From NCBI RefSeq assembly GCF_023055435.1, contig NW_025964079.1, positions 434,001 to 498,000 on the forward strand: a stretch of 64,000 nt of DNA, read 5' to 3'. Under the pieces are notes generated by a model, which saw only the letters and a program-made list of their open reading frames with translations, was not told the origin of the DNA and made no database searches. Source of the DNA: Haliotis rufescens. Taxonomy: Eukaryota. Made by a program: the position numbers and the translations under genes. Positions 50,002 through 63,267 of the stretch are shown here, one piece after another. Numbering within the stretch: the first letter of the stretch is position 1; each line of letters starts with the position of its first letter.

Positions 50002-52999
50002 GATTGCACAGATGGTAATGTAGAACTTAGCAGTGTAGAGTTTTGATGCCGTGGAGCTGCAATAATGAAAAGATACACGTGTCTCAGAGGTAAAATAAGA
50101 GGGAATGTAAAATAGTCAAATTGATATTGTTAGATTGTTTGATATATCTAACGCCGCATTCAGGAATATATATAGCTCGAGGCTGGACCCGCGTCAGCGA
50201 GCAAGAACACCCAATCCATTTAGTGTCTCTTGCAACAAACATCGGTTAGAATAGAGGGATGCTTTAATTAACGCTATACTAAATACACAACGTACAATGC
50301 ATTCCATTCATTGCTTTCCAACGAAAACACGAGCTTGTTTAATCGATGGCATTTGCATTTTCTTTCATCGGTAAATGCAGGGAAATGAGAGCGACAAAAC
50401 CCTTTTCATGTCCATTACAAATTTGCTCAAATGAGAGTTGATTGTACGATTCCCACTATCCTGAGCATGTGTTTATTAATTACTATCAAATTGTGATTAA
50501 AACTCGCTTTTCGCGAAAAAGGGAGCAGATCCTGCCCCACTAGTGGCACCCGTCGCAAACACATTCAAAGTCAAATCAATTGTTTAACACGGGGACAAGT
50601 CAAAATAGGGAATTGCATCGGACATTTTTTTTGTCACTGATGCGTCAAATTTGAAACTTTCCCCTATATGTCTACCATGAAAATGGTTGAAAGCTTTGCT
50701 CAATCATTGAATGTTGTAACCTTGATCAAACAACTACTGACACAGAGTTGTAATCTTCGTAAAAGGGGCATGCTCGATTGACCTCAAAAGTTGCGAAATG
50801 TAGAAATTGGGAGAGTGTTTTGTCACTCTGAATCTTTATGCATACATCTAAATATGAATCAGATAAAATGGTCTCACCAGTCTCCTTTATTCCTAGTTCA
50901 GGTGAGTAAAACAATTGAAGGGAATTGTTATTCGGTGCTTATTGAATACAATTTTAACTGAACCATCTAGCCATGTCGGAGATGTCAAAAATGTAAAACA
51001 ATTGCATTGAGTACGCCGACGACGGACGACCTGCGGCGACAAAAATCCGTTTAGGCCAGGTGAGCTAAAAATAAGTTGTATGCTGGATGTCCTGATGTCG
51101 GCTCCTTCCTTCACAGAATGCTAATCGCGTGTTTTGAGGCACAGAAATTGTGGGTCCCTATATTATCGTATATTTTGACAAAAATGATAAAAATTCATCA
51201 CATCAGAAGTCTCAATTCACCACATTCTTATTCTGAGATATAATTCTAATGGTTTCGCAAATACAATTTTAGCAGTACGTCACGTTTTTGTATGTGACTG
51301 GTCAAATATTTAATAAGTTAATCCGAAATCTTACCTAATCAGCGTTCTGGTTATTCTAAAAGACATTGCCCTGCATGACTGTTTCAGTTTGATCACCGCA
51401 GACCTAAATATTTGTTGAAAAGTTTATTTCTCAATAATTGTTGGTGGGCATTATAATTACAAAATGCAGATTTGCATTCACTACGTTATTCAAAGCATAT
51501 GTCAAATACATTTTTGACAGACAATATCCATTTTTGACAGAAATATTGAAACAAAAATGAAACATTGGATCAGTAAGGTCATGTGACGAGAAACTGATCG
51601 CTCTTATACCGAAATAAATAAAATATATAACGGATAAAACCATTCCCATATTCATAAGAAATAGTGAATGGTGATGACAAACCTCTTACGCAATTGCAGA
51701 TAGGCTAATAACATGTGCTACCTCTCAATGATATAATGAATAAAGTAAAATAAATAGAAGGGTCATATTCCAGTTAAATGATTTGTTCAAGTATGTTACT
51801 TACCAGTCCTCCGAAAATCAGTTTAGATTATTACCATTATGTTTGTCTTTGCCTTTATCGCCAAACACATCTGAACCTTTTCGATGGACACTGTCAAGTC
51901 ATGGAAACAGTTGAACAGCTGCATTTATCCCAAAGAACTATCTGCTATCAACAAGCACAATGATTTACGTTGACAAAATCCGCTCATAAAATCCCAACTC
52001 TGTTCTGTTTGCACACAATAGCTTGGACTGTTCAGGATGTCAAAACTCGGAGTTGTAGTGTCCTAACATTTCACAATGAAACACGAATTTCCAGCATAAA
52101 AGGAACAGGTGTTTTGTGCGTCCAACTACTTTCGCAGTTCATTTACAATTTACGGGATCCAGACAGTGCAATGTAAACATGGGCACAGAGGCCCAGAGCA
52201 TCACAGCAATCAATAACCGTCAGTACACGTTATCACAGATTCCATTGTGCAGCAATATTAATAATTGGCACCAACTGTGATACCATCTGTGGAAACCAAG
52301 GAATCTTTGGTTCGTGGCAGTCGCAGACGTTGCTGCCTTCAAGATAAACACATGTGCCCTAGTGTCACCTTAACGCATATGTCTAACTGCACACATAAAA
52401 ATAACATAATATTGTGAGTTATTGATAATTATATGCAATTTGCACATGAGAATTTTAACAATTTTCAATGCTGAATGGTCAGTAAACATGGAGATGACGC
52501 CAAATTGGTCCATTCTGGAGAAAAATACGATATGATTTTAATCATTATTCATGTCTCTTAAAAGCATTTTATCATCTGAACACTATTTCCGATATGTAAC
52601 CATGACGTTTGATTCGTCCTTCCTCATTTATTCTCACAAAACGTATTGCATAAACCAAAGCACGGGGCGTACAGTTTTGTGTTTTCGGTCGAGAAAAACT
52701 AATGTCATCACTGATTTGCAGTGATCCATTCATATAGCTTTCACTGTCGTTTTGCCTTTTGTGCGGAAAGGAATCTGTTTTGACGGATTATTGACGGAGA
52801 CTGGTTATTCTCTGGTGACGGCGCTTTGTATTTCTGATGGCGCATCATTATTGTGCATACTCAAGTCTTAAAAAAACAAAGATCTTGTCATTGATTCCTA
52901 CGCACAATTCACAATGAATATTTTTCTCAGAGAATTACTATAACCTATTCTACTAAATACGACATATATATTTGATGGTTCGTAAGAAACATTTTGTCA

Positions 53000-54229
53000 T
53001 TAAAACACCGCAATGGACACCAACAGTACTGGAATCGCTATCAACAAAGGTATACACAACACCCAGAAGAAAAACAGATCCAGGGCCTTGCTCACTCGCT
53101 TCCACGTCATTACTTGAGTATGTTCCTTAGCCTCGGAATCATCTGATTGTTCTGTGTCCTCAGAGATATGGTTCGGATGCGACCTTTTTTGTCGACCACA
53201 GCTTTTAACATGTTCAACCCAGACGGTGATTCTTTGGAATGCTTTAGGAACGGGTCGTGAATTACTGCGTGCTGAGATCCTGACACTGAATATGCTGAGG
53301 ATGACAAATAACGCAGACAATGATAGCGTGATTCCAAGGAAAATGATAAAGGTGGACACACCCTCGGAACTTTGTGGTACCATGTTTGTTAGAAATCCCA
53401 TGTAGACTCCATAGGAAAGAGGAATTGTGATGGCAAATGATACTTTTTCTCCTGAATCTGCTGGAATGAGGAACACAAATGTTCCTAGAAGAGAGAGAAT
53501 CATGACGGGAAGGATAAAGTTAAAGACAAAATTGGTTGGGAGTCTTTCTAGAATGAGTGTAATTTTCACTGTTGACATTGTTTTGTTGTCAAAATGTTTT
53601 TTCAACGAAATGATAGTGGCTGACGTCAAACTCCACTGACCTCGTATATTGGAACTGGACACTCCAGCACGAGATTGCCGTGGTTTCAGGTCAACTTCTG
53701 TCACTAAGTGTGACCACACAACCAGGTCCATAAAACACTTCAGGCTATCAAATGGGTACAACTCAACATCCACACTACATGTCAGGTAGAATAAATCCCC
53801 AGGCATCCACTGTATATGTCCATTTGAAAATAGTTTCAGAGACACGAAATCTCCTCCAAGGCGGTCGAGTTGTTGGAAGGAATTGGACACAACAAGATCA
53901 GGTATCCAGATGTAGCTATCTGGGGGTCTGATAAATTCAACTCCGTCATACATCTCAGAATTCCAGGTGAGAAACTGATCAGACCACGTCACATCAAACC
54001 ACCCTGTGCATAGGAGCTGTTGTTGAGACTCAATGTATCGGCTCACTGTGTGTAGATGAAAGTCAAAATCAACTGTAATAGTTTCGGATTTGTTGTAGAC
54101 GGGCCTCTCGTATGGGTTGTTGTTCCAGATGATGTCATTGTAGAGGCGGAATTCACCAGTGGCGTTTCTGAGTTGTGTCTCAACAGACACAAAACCACAA
54201 GCAAGAATAAACAAAATTGGCGACATCAT
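53000..54229 (-). CDS. Atypical nAChR-like subunit, type A copy 4
   Basis: Intact 409-aa ORF. Confidence 0.96.
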   Translation of the reverse strand: MMSPILFILACGFVSVETQLRNATGEFRLYNDIIWNNNPYERPVYNKSETITVDFDFHLHTVSRYIESQQQLLCTGWFDVTWSDQFLTWNSEMYDGVEFIRPPDSYIWIPDLVVSNSFQQLDRLGGDFVSLKLFSNGHIQWMPGDLFYLTCSVDVELYPFDSLKCFMDLVVWSHLVTEVDLKPRQSRAGVSSSNIRGQWSLTSATIISLKKHFDNKTMSTVKITLILERLPTNFVFNFILPVMILSLLGTFVFLIPADSGEKVSFAITIPLSYGVYMGFLTNMVPQSSEGVSTFIIFLGITLSLSALFVILSIFSVRISARSNSRPVPKAFQRITVWVEHVKSCGRQKRSHPNHISEDTEQSDDSEAKEHTQVMTWKRVSKALDLFFFWVLCIPLLIAIPVLLVSIAVF

Positions 54230-55363
54230 GGTCTTATCTTCTTCCTCTGCGATGACAGCTTAATGTTCAGCACACTTGGCTGCCTATTCTCAATTCTGAG
54301 ACCAGCCGATGAAACACACTGACTTTGGTCAAAAGCACTTCTTGTGTCTTACCTGAAATTAATATGAAAAATAATTAAGTAATTCTTTCTGAATATATGC
54401 AAACAAATCTGGTTTTGTTGTGTGAGAGTGCTTATCAATTCTGAAATATGATAACATGCTGACCGTGTTGAGGCACAAATAATATATTTGTTTTGTCTTT
54501 TGACTTTATCTGTTTGTTGTTTACCTCCACGCTCAGCAGTATTCAAGCTCTATGACAGCGATCTCTAAATACTCGAGTCTGAACCAGACAATCAAGTGAT
54601 TGACATCATAAGCATCGATCTTAATAATTGGTATCTGATGAAATGCATCAACCAATTTAGCGAGCTGGAAAACCCGATCCCGGATCTTCACGGCGGAACT
54701 TCTTGTGTGCAATGAGTCATTGTAAGATTGATCAGTTAGTCCGGTTTTCAAACTGAAACTGTGTTTTGCATATGGCATATTGAATTGAATTTGGTTTACA
54801 CAAATTAGTAATCGTGTGAATGGTAGCTGATATTTTGAACCTTTCCGAGTACAAAATATGTACATTTAAATGGGTACTATGTATGTATATTTTGTATCTT
54901 TATAGCCACATGCAGATGGCCAAAGAATTGTTTGCAAGTTTCATTCCGCTGCTGACAATACATGGTGAGGTGAGGTGAAGATTATGCGTCATACGAAAAA
55001 ACGTTAAAAGATAGTACTTCTTTTTACACTTACACTCTTACGCCGCGACGTGCGTGTGTGTGTGTGCGTGTGTGCGTGTGTGTGTGAGTGCATGCGTGCG
55101 TGTTTGTTGTTGACGGTCCATACGAATGCCGATTGTATAGTTCTAGTCCACACAGATAGCACGCCACAATGTATCATTGATACCCCACTCAGACACAGTA
55201 TACTGAATCTCAGCCGACCAGGCAGGGTAAAAAGAACTACTATCTTTAAACGTCTTTTCGCATGATGTAGGCAAGCATCGAACTACCGACCTTTCGTTCT
55301 CCGGGCAGACTCTTTCCACTAGACCACGGATGTAGTCTGTATCTAAATGGCTTAATGAATGTT

Positions 55364-58300
55364 GAATGAATATTTTATTTATTCACAAAAAGTGTTAGCT
55401 CTTTTCTTACACCTTTCGGTATCCTTATATGTTTTATGCTGCAGTGAATAGGCTTGTAACGAAACATTATCTTTTATCCTATTAAAAACATCTAGTAGTC
55501 GGAAGGCTTCTCTTCCGTGATAATCACATTCTTTATCAAACCACGGACTGTCGCGTCCATGACGCTGAACAATCCTACGCTTTGTAAAATCTGCTGCTTT
55601 CAACAAATCGTCCGTAAATTTACTAATTGCTGCATTTATGTCTGTTAATGCTAACGTAATACAATCATCAAACAAATGCTCAATTTCATCACATGAGACA
55701 TTTTCTCTTAACCGATCACCAAAGTTATCACGCCAAGTAGACTTAAAACAAACATCCGGCTTCACATTCTCACCCGACATAGCATTGTCAATTTCAGTAT
55801 CACGTGACATGATGATGATATGATGATGCTTTTATTCAGGTAATGAGGCCACCGGCCCATTATACACGTGCAGAGCATGATGGCATACAAATGTGACAGA
55901 GCGCTGAATTATAAGATTTACAATGCAGTGTTCAAACTGTTAATATTGGAGTTAATTATATGACACAGGTATTCCCTTGAAAATGGAATTACGTTTCTTA
56001 CCAGCAAGAAATACATATTTTGCTAAATTGTTGCAAATACTTTGATTAGTAGAGCTGAATAATAAGAACATTTTCTCACGACTTGGAAACATGTGATAAT
56101 AATTGTGTATGAGATTAGACCGCAGATCAAGATAGAACGGAAACACCATACAAAAGTGGAACTCATCTTCGATAGCACTTACAACACAGAGGGGACAGAA
56201 ACGTTCATGTCTTGGTATATTATGATATCTGCCTGTTTCAACCATAAGACGATGATTGGATCCGAGAAAATTCAAGATATTAATTCGAAATAATGTGACA
56301 TCAATTAATCGAATCCAGTTATTATATGAAAATGTATCCCTTACTGCAGAGAACAATTCAAGCTTAGAACAAGATTCACAATTATTGTGCAACACTTGAT
56401 TTTCAATGTCTACGCTCCTTTGCCTAAACTGATGTAAGAATAAGTCAGATCACCAACACCCTGTTGTAGCCATACCTCTGCAAATCCGTAAGAAAACAGC
56501 AATGATTTAACCTTGAGTGCCCAGCAAGCGTTGCCATTCTCTGCCCTTTTTTTCAAAATCAAATTATTATCTTGTATCAATAGTCGAAGCCAAAATTTTA
56601 TAATTTTTTAAATAATGTGACACTTTGACCGAGTTTGTCATCAAGACAGATTTTACAAAGCTATTTGGTGTGTTTCTACTCAAACCCAAAGTCAGTTTAA
56701 AGAATTTACTGTGCACATTTTCAATGTCAGGTGATGCATGGAATCCCCAAACTTCCGATGCATATGTCAAAATTGGTAACACTTTTACATCAAAAATTTT
56801 GAAACAGACATCTGGTGGCAGGTATGAGAATTTACCTAGTCTAGACTGGAGGATTTGAATCATCTTCCAAGCTTGCTGGGCTAATGTCTTCTGAGTTAAA
56901 CTCCACGAGCCCAAAGAGGATAACTGGACACTGAGATACTTATAATTCGATACTGTGGTGACATCATCATTTCCTATCCTAAATTTTTCCTGATTTCTAA
57001 GTTTTCCGCCATTTCTAAAAATGACAACTTTACTTTTATCAGTATTAATAGTAGGTTTCCATTTATCACAATATAAAGATAGTTTATCAAGTCGCTTTTG
57101 AAGACCAACAACTGACACGTCCATTAAAATAATGTCATCGGCGAACAACAAGATGAACAGTTCTAGAGTATGTAGGGTAACACCATGAGCATCACACTCC
57201 AACTCCTCGACAATGTCATTAATAAAAAATGAGAATAAAAATGGAGACAGCTGACATCCCTGTCTAACACCTGACATACAATCAAAGAAATCTGTAAGAC
57301 CACAATCTAATGAAACACAAGATTTGACAGATTTATACATATTTTTAAGAACTCTAAATACTCGTCCCTTGATACCACCCTTCCATAGTTTGAAAAATAA
57401 ACCATTTCTATACACAGAATCAAATGCCCCTTTTAGATCGATGAAAGCACAGTATAGTCTACCTTTTTTGTAGGAAAGATATTTACAAATCAATGTCTCA
57501 ACAACAAAGATGTTATCCGTGGTCTGAAAACCCTTTCTGAAGCCAGATTGTTCTCCAACGATACAACTTTCCTGAAACGCCCAGTTATTCAACCTGTTAC
57601 AGAGAATTTTTGCAAAAATCTTACCAGCTACGTCAAGGAGTGTTATAGGCCTATAGTTTTGGGGGTCACGTGAACTACCTTTCTTAAAGATTGGAAGAAT
57701 AATACCAAAGGACCATTGATCGGGGAATATACCAGTAGACAAAGCTAGATTAAATAAATCCAACAGCATGTTCAGACAAACCGGTGGAGCGTTCTGAAAG
57801 AACTCGACTGATATACCTGAGAGACCTGGTGCTTTACCTGGCTTCATACTGCCTAGTGCTGATAACAACTCGTTTATACTGATAACTTCATCTAGCTCAC
57901 TTTCTATATCAACAGTTCTATCAATCACTTCAGCTGAAATAGAGTTCACAAAATCATCAACAGATTTATAAAATTCAATAAAATCTTTACATTCACGGTT
58001 TCCATGAAATACAAATTCAAAATAACTCATCCATTCATAGGAAGTAATGTCTTTTGAAATCACAAACGATTTATTTTGCAAAGTACGCCAAAATCTCTTA
58101 TTGTCATTATTATTCAAATAATTTACCAAATTGTTGGCAAGTCTTTATACTCTCGCCAAGCCGATGTATATTGCAGTCTGTCAGCTTGGCTACCGGAGAC
58201 ATGAAATGCACGAAGCCATCGCCGCGCACTTGCACGTGCACTTTCACAGTCAGGATCAAACCAGTTACGTCTCTTGTTTGATTGACAGTTGATTGATGTG

Positions 58301-59428
58301 GACGGATTAGTTTCACAATGGCTGGCACATTTTGATAACATGTTTGTAAACAAATCAGTTGCACTGTTTACCTTGTTACAGGCTACTGCATCGTCGAATG
58401 CTGAATGTATCTCTGTCGATTGGTTATTCCAGTTGTCAACATACGTTGATTGATTTTCATCTTTAGATTTGTATATGGTCCTTGTTGATAAAAGACCACG
58501 GGAATTGGCACTTGATGAAGTTTTTACTTTGAGAGAAAATGCAATTGGTAGGTGAGTGGAATCAACTTGATCTCCGATTTGAAAAAATGATATCATCGGG
58601 AACGAGGTTTCAAATGTCAGTACATAGTCAATAACACTTTGACCATTGTAAGCAAAGCAAGTCTCACGTGACTGAAAGGTACAATTGATTGGCGCGTGCG
58701 GAGACTCGATCCGAGATCCGATGTTAAAATTCTTACACAATGAAAACAAATCACTTGTTGTGATAACATAGTCAATAACGCTTGCGCGTGTAGGGGACAT
58801 AAACGTAAAATCTCCCGCACTGGCATCAGATCAACAACGACCATTAAGTATAGACAAGTTTAGAGAAGCACACATATTAAGCAAAATTCGCCCAAGTTTG
58901 TTCACAGTATTATCGAATGAAAATCGCTGTGTGCAAATACCCTCACAGTGAAAATGACACTTGTCAATTTGCAGAGCTCTCATTATATCGTCCTCAACAA
59001 AATCAAAGTCTGTTCCAGTGCGGGCGTTGAAGTCGCCCCCGAGGAGGATAGAGACGTCCCCCACTTGTTGAAGTACATATATTAACACATCCTGGAGTAT
59101 AGATACGCCGCACTTGTTAGCTTTATTGACATACCAATTTGACTTCTCTGGAATAATGTCTACACACCCTATAAGAGTGTCCTTAGCATTATTAAATACA
59201 GATTTCCTTAGCAAAATGAAAACACAGTTGTCACATATTTTTGACCATAAAATAGATTTTGAAAGTGTGTTTTTTATTAACAATGTAATACCACCGGATA
59301 GCCTACCTTGTTTGGAGATTTGGCAAACATCAACATTAAAGTAAACATATTCAGAGAAGTCGTAAGCTTTTAGCCAGGTTTCACACAATCCTATAATTGT
59401 AAATGTACGTATGTAATGAAGGAATTCA
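55364..59428 (-). mobile_element. Endonuclease-only LINE derivative, split by a nested LINE
   Basis: TSD TAATGAATGTT at 55353-55363 and 59429-59439. Confidence 0.88.
55809..58663 (-). mobile_element. Nested 5'-truncated non-LTR retrotransposon (RT; RTE-X-like, tentative), frameshifted
   Basis: KAPG, NYRPITLL, QSGFR, FIDLKGAFDSV, GVRQG..LSP, LFADD; C-terminal ETGRY..CxxC..EDEFHF; AATAAA + (CAT)n tail; TSD TCACGTGAC at 55800-55808 and 58664-58672. Confidence 0.92.
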
Positions 59429-61892
59429 TAATGAATGTTAAGGGTAATAGATACGTTATATTTAATCATACTTATTTTCAAGAGACTGTCCCGTCAGCCA
59501 ACCAAAATGTGTTTAAACAATATGTTAGAGATTTGTCTAGTTACCTGCATATTTGAAACAATACCACGATATGTGAAGAAATTATTTAATTTCCTTTGAT
59601 TCGAAATCGTGTATTTTTGTTGTAAATATATAACTAAACAAATTTACGAAATCATATGCGTAACTGGTTAGATTTTTCAAGAAAATGAAAATATAGAAAC
59701 GACGTCATTATAAAACTATGCCAGTACAAGTATTCGCATACAATGCCTTTTACATTCATATGAGTATGAGTATCAGTTAACATCAAAATAGGAAAACAAT
59801 ATCCATCAGGGCATACTCCACAAAGCGATATTTGCACCAAGACAGCCGTAGCGCCCATGCATTACCACTGATAAAGGCAGCCGTAGAACTAAGGTCGCTT
59901 TGTGGAAAAGGTATCCTGCTCGCTAACAAAACTTACCGGTAAAGATGTAGTTATTGCCCTGGTTAAACACCTTAGTCCATTGTAAATCCATATCCCTTCT
60001 GATGGTACAGTGATATTGTGTCGCAGAAAGACATGTAGTTCGTTTTATCTTCCCTGTGACAAACGTAAAAACATTCCACTCCAAAACGTCCCATCCACGA
60101 TAATGCCACCTTCTCATCTGTTATCAGCCTGTACACAGATCGATGAGGTGCAACCGATATGACTGTGTGTAGGCAGCCTGTTAGGTATCGCACGTCCATG
60201 ATGAATAACATAACAAACACCACTGTCGCCCTGTAACCCGCAACACTGGTTTACACAAATGCCATTAGGACTGATGAATAATTACCACATGCAGACAGTT
60301 GTCGGGACATCAGTTACACAATACAAATCAGTTGATGTGTCTCGTAACATCGAGGAAGTTTACAGTGATTTCCATGGAGAGCCTTGAACACATTAAATAC
60401 TGTGTGATTGATCATGAGAAGTCGTAATCTGTCAGAATCATTCAATTTCCTTATGAGGTGTTCATTAGAGCTGCTACACGCATCCACTATTAAATGTCGT
60501 GATCACTTGTGAATCTAAAACCAATCAATGTGTTCTAAGCACCTTGTACACAGGCAGTCAAAACCATGGCAACCCGTGTAACCCGCTGTTTGACAAAAGG
60601 GATGATTTGGATTTTCCAGCTGTGGATTTCGGCTTTATGTTGACGAATATGCAATCAGATCCAGCTTATGGCGTCAACATTTCTGCTGAATAGTTTAGAA
60701 CATTTGTCTTACAACTGAGTACTTTAATATAGAGTTCTCCACCAAAGGCCATATTCCAGTGATAAAACATTCAAAATACCCATGAAGATCCAAGTTAGAA
60801 TTGGTCTTCAGCAACCTGTGCTTGCCATTAGAGATGATTAACATGCTCGGGTGATTAGTCTCGCATGGCATCATCCAAATTGTGTAAATCGATGCTCATA
60901 GTGTCAGTCATTGGATTGCATGGCCCAGACTCGGATATGTACAGACTGCCGTCATATGGCTGGATGATTGCTGAGTTTGGCGTTAAACAACAAACAAAGA
61001 TACAAATATAATGAAAAGACTGCTTTCATTGTGTGAGTACATTATTGCTAAGATCTTATGTTTGCAAGGCGCTGTATTCTGATAATGCTCAAATGAATTC
61101 TGTCTGAAAGATCCTTAAAACATTGTGTGAAGTATTTCTCCTCCCTCAAAATCTTTGTAAAAGTTTTTGTGATACGTGAACAGGTTCGAGTGTGATACTC
61201 AATTTTGTACTGTACAGTGTGAAACAATTGTGCATTCAAACTGTAAGTCACGTTTGTCTGTTCGAAGAATGGAACTCTTTTTCATCAATTTTGAAATGAT
61301 AATAACGGTCCATATGAACCTCAAAATAGTTTTTGTGAAATATGTTATCTTTGGTTTGTGTTGGGGCAAATTCTTGATGATTGCACCAAAAACGTCAGTC
61401 GAGTCCACGACGATATGGGCTCCACACATTCTACCCATCTGGGGAATAGAACCCGGACTTTCGATGTGACGAGCGAACGCTTAACCACCAGACCACCCAA
61501 CCGCCACCATGATATGTCTTGAAAATTGCAGATTATGGCGTTAAACCATCACTTGATAAGCATCCTAAACGTTGTATGATCACATCTTATCTAGGTACCA
61601 TGTCTCTCCAGTGCATGCCGCAAGAACAGATTGAAACAACACGTTCAGAAATTGTTGCCAGGCTGACCCTGTTTTTGAACTGTGATGACTGAGCAGATCA
61701 TACAATGTTATCTGTGCTAGAAACAGTTGATGTGGTCACAACTTCCGCAACTGGGCGCCACGTGGATATCTGTTTGGTTGAGCGGGCGTTCAGAAAGGAG
61801 GAGAGGCACAAACACACTGGCCAAGATGTTAGCTCCCGATGTTCGATACTGTCGAATCACGATCTATTATAACAGAAAAACGCGGAGAAAAT

Positions 61893-62034
61893 NNNNNNNN
61901 NNNNNNNNNNNNNNNNNNNNNNNNNNNNNNNNNNNNNNNNNNNNNNNNNNNNNNNNNNNNNNNNNNNNNNNNNNNNNNNNNNNNNNNNNNNNNNNNNNNN
62001 NNNNNNNNNNNNNNNNNNNNNNNNNNNNNNNNNN
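61893..62034. other. Assembly gap (142 N) at the position of the (TG)n microsatellite
   Basis: Flanks match 36630 and 36745 in unit 2. Confidence 0.95.
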
Positions 62035-63267
62035 GTGCAAGCACACTGATTCACCATGCCGCAGTTTAACGTTTATCCTCCACTCAGACACAGTATACTG
62101 ACTCCGAGCCGGCCAATCCAATTGTACTATCCTCTTAATGCCGAGCGTCAGCGCATCGAAGAAAAACGGACGTGTTTTTGCTGTGATAGTCACGTGTTCT
62201 CATTACGTTCTACAAACAAGTCTTTCATTGGGGAGTAACATTCAATAACAAGAATGCTTTGTACTGATACATGTATACTATTTATGCTTACTGCAAGTGA
62301 AATTATAAAAGAAATCTTGACATGAGATGAGGTGAAGCGGGTTCAAGATAACTTCACTTATTTTGCGGCCTGCGTGGCTGCTTGTACTAGTCGGGATGTG
62401 TGTCAGTTTCATTGTGGACTTTGTCACTGTCAGCCATTTGAAAAGACTCCCTTCAAGCTGTAAAAAAGCTTTATAGATTGTGTAAACATCATTACCTGTT
62501 TACTTTTTGCACTTTGAATATCAAGGATCGTGTTCAGAATCTGCTAACGATACCCGATGTCTTAAATGACAGCAAATCTAAGTCTCTCGTGGGCCAGTGA
62601 CGTCATTATACGCGGGATTAAGGCCTATCCAGAGTGGCTTAATGATTAAGGCATTTACTCGTCACGGCGTGGTTTTATTTTCTGCATCGGTACACTCCGT
62701 AAAAAAAACATTCCTGGGAGCCTGAGATATGTTGTTTGCTCCTTCAGCGATTGGTTTGGGTGCAAAACACATGAGTTCGACTTATTTTGTTTAATTAATC
62801 GATAATCATCAATTGCAACATCTTTAATCACTGAAAGCATCACATTAAAAGCAACTCATATTGTCATAAATTCCTCAAAATTTATATTCTATAAATATAT
62901 GTCCATTGCACGATTCTGACTTCATCATTCTTGAATCACTATCAAATAGATGAATCCAGGTGTTCGCGAAAATGCGACCGTATCCTGTCCCTCCGGCTGC
63001 TCACGTCACAAGCGTAAAGGCAAGTCAAGTGTTCACCTAAATAAACACAGGAACATCTAGTTCCTGTTTAAATAGGGAATTGCTTCAGACAGCATTGTGG
63101 TGGTTGATGCCTAAAATTTGAAAAGATCCACGTCATATATAACACTGTTTGACAGTCTCCTTACGAGAGAATACATTCAGAAGCAAAGACACATTTACTA
63201 CTCGAACTGATCAATACGAGAGACAACATATAAAAACTTTAAACACACTCCATCAATGATTCATAAC

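Noticed and set aside
56567-58129. 520-aa RT as a functional host gene or retron/DGR-type system
   Set aside because: Standard non-LTR retrotransposon motifs, TSD and tail; frameshifted at both ends; present in one unit only
61727-62193. ORFs spanning Ns and HTHT-repeat ORFs (also 36640-36903)
   Set aside because: Artefacts of the assembly gap and the (TG)n microsatellite
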